64,000 nucleotides of DNA from Methanomethylovorans sp. (GTDB lineage Archaea; Halobacteriota; Methanosarcinia; Methanosarcinales; Methanosarcinaceae). This document shows, in pieces, positions 63,424 through 64,000 of the stretch. Location of the stretch: positions 1 through 64,000 of the forward strand of contig NZ_JBGMEB010000026.1 of NCBI RefSeq assembly GCF_041447285.1, in the 5' to 3' direction. Under the pieces are notes generated by a model that was not told where the DNA came from, searched no databases, and saw nothing but the letters and a program-made list of their open reading frames with translations. The translations under genes and the position numbers were made by a program. The number at the start of each line of letters is the position of its first letter. The stretch's first letter is position 1.

Positions 63424-64000
63424 ATGATCCGGGAAATCGCAGCGCTGTGGGATGAACATTTGATGACGATGCGTACCGTTGAACATCTACAAATGTTTAG
63501 CATTTCCCTCATAATATCAGTGATTATAGGCGTAATTATTGGAGTATTAATATACTCAAAACCAAATATAGCTTCTCCGACACTTAATATTCTTAATATT
63601 CTGGAAACAATACCAGATATGGCGTTGATAGTTATTCTTTTGCCTCTGCTGCGCTTGGGCACAGGACCCACTATAGCAGCTTCGGTCATCTACTCAATAT
63701 TACCAATCGCAAGGAACACCTATATCGGCCTTAAGGGTGTAGACGACCAATACATATATGTGGCTGAGGCTATTGGCCTCTCACCACGCGAAGTACTTTT
63801 AAAAGTTAGAATTCCCATATCTCTGCCTCTCATAGCTGGGGGGATAAGGATAGCTCTGGTGTTCACCATGGGGGTTGTAACATTGGGAGGACTTGTGGCG
63901 GCGGGGGGACTTGGAACAGTGATCCAGAATGGTATCCAGCTTTATGAGAAAGATGCTATACTGCTAGCAGGCCTATGGACGGGAATACTGGCTGTCATAC
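63424..64000 (+). CDS. osmoprotectant ABC transporter permease (3'-truncated by window end)
   Basis: Not in the ORF track because there is no stop within the window. It translates without stops from ATG 63424 as MIREIAALWDEH...TM helices... with the EAA-like loop AEAIGLSPREVLLKVRIPISLP. Confidence 0.7.
   Translation, partial: MIREIAALWDEHLMTMRTVEHLQMFSISLIISVIIGVIIGVLIYSKPNIASPTLNILNILETIPDMALIVILLPLLRLGTGPTIAASVIYSILPIARNTYIGLKGVDDQYIYVAEAIGLSPREVLLKVRIPISLPLIAGGIRIALVFTMGVVTLGGLVAAGGLGTVIQNGIQLYEKDAILLAGLWTGILAVI

Noticed and set aside
63384-63689. 101-aa minus ORF.
   Set aside because: It is antisense to the open-ended permease reading frame, which translates cleanly into TM helices with an EAA-like loop.

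Overview
This window is an archaeal chromosomal segment, by gene content most likely from a Methanosarcinales-type methanogen. It carries the conserved cluster L7Ae-S28e-L24e-ndk-aIF5B-S6e, a sufCB pair, an archaeal AMP phosphorylase and aTrm56. It also carries an Otb/OpuC-like osmoprotectant transporter, a MoxR-DUF58-vWA (Bat-like) operon, and a protein with a PGF-CTERM archaeosortase signal. The dominant accessory feature is a complete type I-B CRISPR-Cas locus at 28818-36902, in the order cas8b-cas7-cas5-cas3-cas6-cas1-cas2-cas4. It is followed by a leader and a very large array of about 83 units with a 37-nt repeat (37016-43147). The most interesting candidate system is at 8169-14706. There, two divergently transcribed operons share one short intergenic region. 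One operon encodes two membrane-associated proteins with near-identical C-terminal zinc-ribbon tails, one SPFH/band-7-like and one with a PEGA domain plus a transmembrane segment. The other encodes a small RHH-like protein, an ESCRT-III/Snf7-family protein, a Vps4-like MIT-AAA ATPase and a protein with a C-terminal winged helix. Together this reads as a putative membrane-remodelling or membrane-repair module in a methanogen. Other loci worth a look are a TrmB-2xCOG1361-MMPL surface/export module, a 1338-aa surface giant co-transcribed with a PGF-CTERM protein, and a small-gene island just beyond the CRISPR trailer containing a zinc-ribbon protein and a nucleoside deaminase. All calls come from reading the supplied translations and the DNA by eye; no database search was possible.
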